Part shown: positions 40,607 to 44,106 of the stretch, piece by piece
Layout: each line of letters begins with the position of its first letter
Numbering within the stretch: position 1 is the stretch's first letter
Assembly (NCBI GenBank): GCA_964499655.1
Contig: CAZCLT010000001.1
Coordinates: 1,647 to 45,752, forward strand
Source: an uncultured Gammaproteobacteria bacterium
GTDB taxonomy: Bacteria > Patescibacteriota > Patescibacteriia > UBA9934
Direction: 5' to 3'
Length of the DNA stretch: 44,106 bases
The notes under the pieces: model-generated
Seen by the model: the letters and a program-made list of their open reading frames with translations, nothing else
Told to the model about the DNA's origin: nothing
Databases searched by the model: none
Translations under genes and position numbers: made by a program

Positions 40607-42007
40607 ATGAAACGCAAATTATTGTTGGCTGGGATCGCTACCTCTATTGGCCTGTTAGCCCTGCCACATCTCACCCTGGCTCACCACTTGGCTAACGACG
40701 ACCTAGAAGTCCGCTTGATTGATTCGGCTGGACAAAGCACAACTTTACTTAGCCCGTTTGATGTGAAGTACCGTGGCGATGGCTCGATCGCGACCGGTGA
40801 TCTTGGGATGGACGGTACCGCGGAAATTGTCGTCGGTACTGGCCACGGTCTGGAACCAAAAGTTAAAATCTATCGCCAGGACGGCTCGCTCATCTCTGAA
40901 TTCCTCGCCTACGAATCCACGCTCGATAGTGGCGTGAATGTAACACTATGTGATCTGACCGGTGACGGTGTGAACGAAATTGTCACGGCGCCGAAATATC
41001 GTGGCGCACCACTGGTAAAAGTCTTTGCCACCGATGGTTCGGTGATTCACTCCGGCTTCTATGCTTATAGTGAATCTTTCCGTGGTGGTGTCAGTATTGC
41101 TTGCGGTGATCTGAACGGCGATGGAGAAAATGAAATCGTCACCGGTGCTGGTATTAGTGGCGGCCCGCACATCAAAACATTTAACAGTGCCGGTACGCAA
41201 CTCAACGAAACGTTCACTGGCTCGGCGAGTGAAAACATGGGCGTGAACGTAGCCGTTGGTGATTTAGACAATGATGATCAATTCGAAATCATCGCCACGC
41301 GCGCGGGGATCGGTGACCCAACCATCACAACCTTCGAAATCAAAAACGGAAAAATTACCTTCGTCGGATCGTTGCCAGGCCCCGCCAATTACACCAATGG
41401 CCTACAAGTGTTGGCTGCTGATGTTGATGGTGACGGTGAAGATGAAATCGGAATCACGACCAACGGCCAGACCACGCCAACGATCACTTTTTACGAAACC
41501 ACCGGCGGTATTGCTCGCGAAATTAAACCAGACGCCAGCGATACTGTTTCCGGAATCACCGCCACCTCACTGCTTAAAGATGGCCAAATCCAGCTGATTT
41601 CCATGATTACGGCCCCGCTGACCGAAAATCAACCTAGCCAGTACATCGAAGTCGATGTCAGCGAACAAACACTCTACGCCTACGAAAATTCAGCACTAGT
41701 TAAATCACACCTGGTCTCTACCGGCTCGTATAGCTTCCCCACGCCCTACGCCACAACCACCATCAGTCGAAAATTATTATGGCATGATTATTCTTGGAGC
41801 TACGGCGCCGGCAATCCCAATAATTATTCGTTACCCAACGTGCAATACAATGTGCAGTTTCGTCCGCACATGTATTTGCACTCAGCTTACTGGCACAATA
41901 ATTTTGGTCACCGCATGAGTCACGGATGTATCAATCAATCTCTCGCTGACTCTGGTTGGATTTTCAACTGGGCAACCACTAGCACTGTTGTTACCGTACA
42001 AGAGTAA
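40607..42007 (+). CDS. Secreted FG-GAP/VCBS-repeat protein fused to a C-terminal L,D-transpeptidase (YkuD) domain
   Basis: Signal peptide MKRKLLLAGIATSIGLLALPHLTLA. Repeated GDLxGDGxxEIV units. C-terminus HSAYWHNNFGHRMSHGCIN (His...SHGC catalytic motif). Confidence 0.75.
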   Translation: MKRKLLLAGIATSIGLLALPHLTLAHHLANDDLEVRLIDSAGQSTTLLSPFDVKYRGDGSIATGDLGMDGTAEIVVGTGHGLEPKVKIYRQDGSLISEFLAYESTLDSGVNVTLCDLTGDGVNEIVTAPKYRGAPLVKVFATDGSVIHSGFYAYSESFRGGVSIACGDLNGDGENEIVTGAGISGGPHIKTFNSAGTQLNETFTGSASENMGVNVAVGDLDNDDQFEIIATRAGIGDPTITTFEIKNGKITFVGSLPGPANYTNGLQVLAADVDGDGEDEIGITTNGQTTPTITFYETTGGIAREIKPDASDTVSGITATSLLKDGQIQLISMITAPLTENQPSQYIEVDVSEQTLYAYENSALVKSHLVSTGSYSFPTPYATTTISRKLLWHDYSWSYGAGNPNNYSLPNVQYNVQFRPHMYLHSAYWHNNFGHRMSHGCINQSLADSGWIFNWATTSTVVTVQE

Positions 42008-42073
42008 ATATTTTCTCTTGTTGATAACTTTCTTGCAAAATATTTTCACGCGAAGCAATTACATGTATACTTT

Positions 42074-42129
42074 TATATAACGTTACAAATTATTCTTCGA
42101 AATATTTATTTCGAGTGTAACGATATATA
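42074..42129 (+). promoter_or_regulatory. Long imperfect AT-rich inverted repeat upstream of the small basic ORF
   Basis: TATATAACGTTACA (42074-42087) pairs with TGTAACGATATATA (42116-42129) with one mismatch. It encloses an inner stem CTTCGAAAT/ATTTCGAG. Confidence 0.4.
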
Positions 42130-42155
42130 AAAAGAAAGGGGGTGGATTAATCATT

Positions 42156-42269
42156 ATGCCAGCCAAGAAACGCAAAGTCGCCAAGAAGGCGAAACGACCA
42201 GCGAAGCGAAAAGTCGCTAAGCGAAAGGCCGCTCCTAAGAAGCGCAAAGCCGCTAAGAAGCGCGCTTAA
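42156..42269 (+). CDS. Small ultra-basic Lys/Arg/Ala-rich protein (37 aa)
   Basis: Below the length cutoff of the ORF track. Sequence MPAKKRKVAKKAKRPAKRKVAKRKAAPKKRKAAKKRA. A strong SD (AAAGGGGGTGGA) lies upstream and a strong terminator follows the stop. Confidence 0.45.
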   Translation: MPAKKRKVAKKAKRPAKRKVAKRKAAPKKRKAAKKRA

Positions 42270-42277
42270 TTACTTAG

Positions 42278-42318
42278 AAAAAATACTCTGCGAGAATTCG
42301 ACAGAGTATTTTTTTTAT
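42278..42318. terminator. Bidirectional intrinsic terminator
   Basis: AAAAAATACTCTG-(11 nt)-CAGAGTATTTTTT, between the small ORF (plus strand) and the EndoQ-like gene (minus strand). Confidence 0.85.
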
Positions 42319-43556
42319 TACACAAGTTTTTTATCGTCGAAGATTTTGACTTTGCCAAATACTCCGTCGTAACCTGGGCGAATATGCATTTCGCCAGCCC
42401 GGACCCGACGAAGTGCTTCGGCCACCGTCTCACCCGCTGCCGCCCTAACGTCTTCGATCGAAGAATCGAGTAAAATGTGGAATTCATTGCCGATTTGTTC
42501 GATCATCTGATCGTACATGCCCTGAACCTTCTTGCTAGCTGGTGAGGCCACGCCGTAGGCTTCGGCGAGAATTTGATCAAGTGGCACGATCGATTTATAT
42601 GGCACGTGGTCAGCTGGCAGTTCGTGAACATCGCGATCGGCTAGATCGGCCACGCGCGACATCACACCCACAGTCAATAGTTTCTGACACTTGGGACAAC
42701 GTCCACCGAGCTTCTTCGTTTGCTCGGGCGCGCACCAAAATTGGCAGGGCGCGTGACCATCTTGATGATACTTCCCTTCTTCGGGATAGAATTCAATCGT
42801 GTAGGCGAAGCGTGAAATGTCGCGCTCTTTGAAAATACGCACAAACTCATCAAACGAAAGTTCGCTCTCGGGAATTTCGAAGACGTTCGCCTCACGACCA
42901 AAGTTACGCGGACTGTGCGCGTCAGAATTCGAGATCAACATGATGTTGTCGAGAGCGGAGAGCGCACGATTCATCAGCGGATCACTACTCAGCCCGGTTT
43001 CGATGGCGTAAATGTACGGCGTCATCTCGCCGAAACATTCTTCAAGACTGTTGAATCCAGATTTGGAACCGAAAACGGAAAACCACGGCGTCCAAGCATG
43101 TGCTGGAATCAAAATAAATCGATCATCGATCGCTTTGAGTCGTTTATACAATTCCTCTGAGTCTAGTCCCAAGATCGGGCGGCCATCAGCTTTGATGTTA
43201 AAGCCATTTTCGACCAGCCAAGTATTCAGTTTTCCGACTGCTTCGATCGATGGCGCTAAAATAATATTATGAACTCGACGCGTCTGCCCGCCACGTTTGT
43301 AAATCTGTGAAACTTCGGTGGTGAGAATATAGCGCATTTCGCCATATAAACCCGAGCGTAATTTGTAGAGCCCGGGTTCGGCTTCGATAAGCTGACTCTG
43401 AATTTCTGCGAACCACTTGGGGTGGGTAAAATCAGCCGTGCCCAGAACATTGACGCCTTTTTTCTGGCACCACTTGGCATTATTCTCGAGCGTTAACTCC
43501 TTGGAACAGGCGCGAGAGTACGATGAGTGGAGGTGAAAATCAGCGATGATCCTCAT
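42318..43556 (-). CDS. PHP-domain endonuclease Q-like protein (TIGR00375-type)
   Basis: MRIIADFHLHSSYSRACSK..., AHAWTPWFSVFGSKSGFNSLEECFG, SNSDAHSP and the Zn-ribbon-like CAPE...CPKCQ. Confidence 0.65.
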   Translation of the reverse strand: MRIIADFHLHSSYSRACSKELTLENNAKWCQKKGVNVLGTADFTHPKWFAEIQSQLIEAEPGLYKLRSGLYGEMRYILTTEVSQIYKRGGQTRRVHNIILAPSIEAVGKLNTWLVENGFNIKADGRPILGLDSEELYKRLKAIDDRFILIPAHAWTPWFSVFGSKSGFNSLEECFGEMTPYIYAIETGLSSDPLMNRALSALDNIMLISNSDAHSPRNFGREANVFEIPESELSFDEFVRIFKERDISRFAYTIEFYPEEGKYHQDGHAPCQFWCAPEQTKKLGGRCPKCQKLLTVGVMSRVADLADRDVHELPADHVPYKSIVPLDQILAEAYGVASPASKKVQGMYDQMIEQIGNEFHILLDSSIEDVRAAAGETVAEALRRVRAGEMHIRPGYDGVFGKVKIFDDKKLV

Positions 43557-44049
43557 AAGTCACCAGATGACGACCTAAAAGCGCGATCGCCGTGGTCCAA
43601 AAAATAAATTGACCAACCGAGGCGTCACGAACAACCGTCGATTGAAACAAACTGTACGCACCAGCGAACAACAGCAACATCGAGATGACGGCGGCGAGTT
43701 TTTTAGCGCGAGAATCTTGTCGCGTGCGCGCAAAGCCGGTCACGCAGAGCGCCGACGCAACGTGAAGAGGCACGACGGAAGCGCCGACGAGCGATGCGAC
43801 GAAGAATCGGATCGCCGATCGCAACCGTTCACGCGTCGAATCCATCAGACCGGTGAATGAACGAGAGAATACCCGGACACCGGCGGTTAAAATTACCAGC
43901 AAGATGAGTAACCAAAACCACTTCGTCACATCGCTGGTCATCACGCGCAGTCCCCGAGCGCCGATCAACGAATCAAGAAAACGTCCAAGCGAATAAGCCA
44001 GCAAAAGTTGCTCCAGACCGCCATAAAATCCAACCAAAAACAGCGACAA
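43540..44049 (-). CDS. Hypothetical integral membrane protein
   Basis: 169 aa with 4-5 hydrophobic segments. TTG start. Overlaps the downstream gene by 17 nt. Confidence 0.4.
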   Translation of the reverse strand: MSLFLVGFYGGLEQLLLAYSLGRFLDSLIGARGLRVMTSDVTKWFWLLILLVILTAGVRVFSRSFTGLMDSTRERLRSAIRFFVASLVGASVVPLHVASALCVTGFARTRQDSRAKKLAAVISMLLLFAGAYSLFQSTVVRDASVGQFIFWTTAIALLGRHLVTYEDHR

Positions 44050-44106
44050 GGTCGCCGGTTTGGACGCAGACCACAGTTTTTTAATATCCGCTCACAATTC
44101 AAGAAA

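Noticed and set aside
42137-42152. A DnaA-box-like string (reverse complement TTAATCCAC) in the AT-rich region, as a possible replication origin
   Set aside because: It is a single imperfect box with an extra base. There is no cluster of boxes and no dnaA or dnaN nearby. It is more simply read as the SD region of the small ORF.
1-44106. A search for CRISPR arrays, transposases or integrases, reverse transcriptase/DGR template-variable repeat pairs, and rRNA
   Set aside because: I saw no regularly spaced direct repeats. No ORF carried a YxDD, DDE or tyrosine-recombinase signature. I found no pair of ~100-nt near-identical repeats differing at A positions, and no rRNA motifs. The only repeats found are the short palindromes reported above.

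Overview
This is about 44 kb from a compact bacterium with roughly 50% G+C. I infer a Patescibacteria/CPR-like lineage from gene content: a split transketolase, a DUF4012/GT4 envelope-glycan operon, a FemX-type transferase, a Cys-rich T4SS-pilin-like surface protein and many orphan genes.

Recognisable content:
- Housekeeping genes: uvrA (partial), secG, rnj, trpS, ruvA and ileS.
- RNA genes: RNase P RNA, tRNA-Leu(CAG) and tRNA-Ala(UGC).
- A six-gene surface-glycan operon (9.9-19.3 kb).
- A pentose-phosphate and sugar-kinase block (30.2-40.5 kb), including an RpiB-Rpe fusion.
- Peptidoglycan genes: a FemX-like transferase and an FG-GAP/L,D-transpeptidase fusion.
- An EndoQ-like PHP nuclease.

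The main anomaly is a self-contained cassette of about 1 kb at 8333-9380, between trpS and rnpB. It has a consensus promoter, a long 5' UTR with GGAG, a 294-codon orphan ORF and an intrinsic terminator. Its G+C and codon usage (almost only G/C-ending codons) break sharply from the rest of the window. Its Lys/Asn/Ile-rich protein matches nothing I recognise.

Secondary observations:
- An orphan promoter-to-terminator unit with no credible ORF (23293-23622), a candidate ncRNA.
- GC-rich palindromic elements inserted in frame in envelope genes, comparable to Rickettsia palindromic elements.
- Mostly leaderless native genes, with a -10 box 6-10 nt before the ATG and no SD.
- Twin GATGTA-N7-TACATC operators (30093-30131).
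- An AT-rich structured region followed by a 37-aa ultra-basic ORF (42008-42318).

I saw no CRISPR array, transposase, integrase, reverse transcriptase or rRNA. All calls come from reading the sequence and from remembered family signatures; no searches were run.
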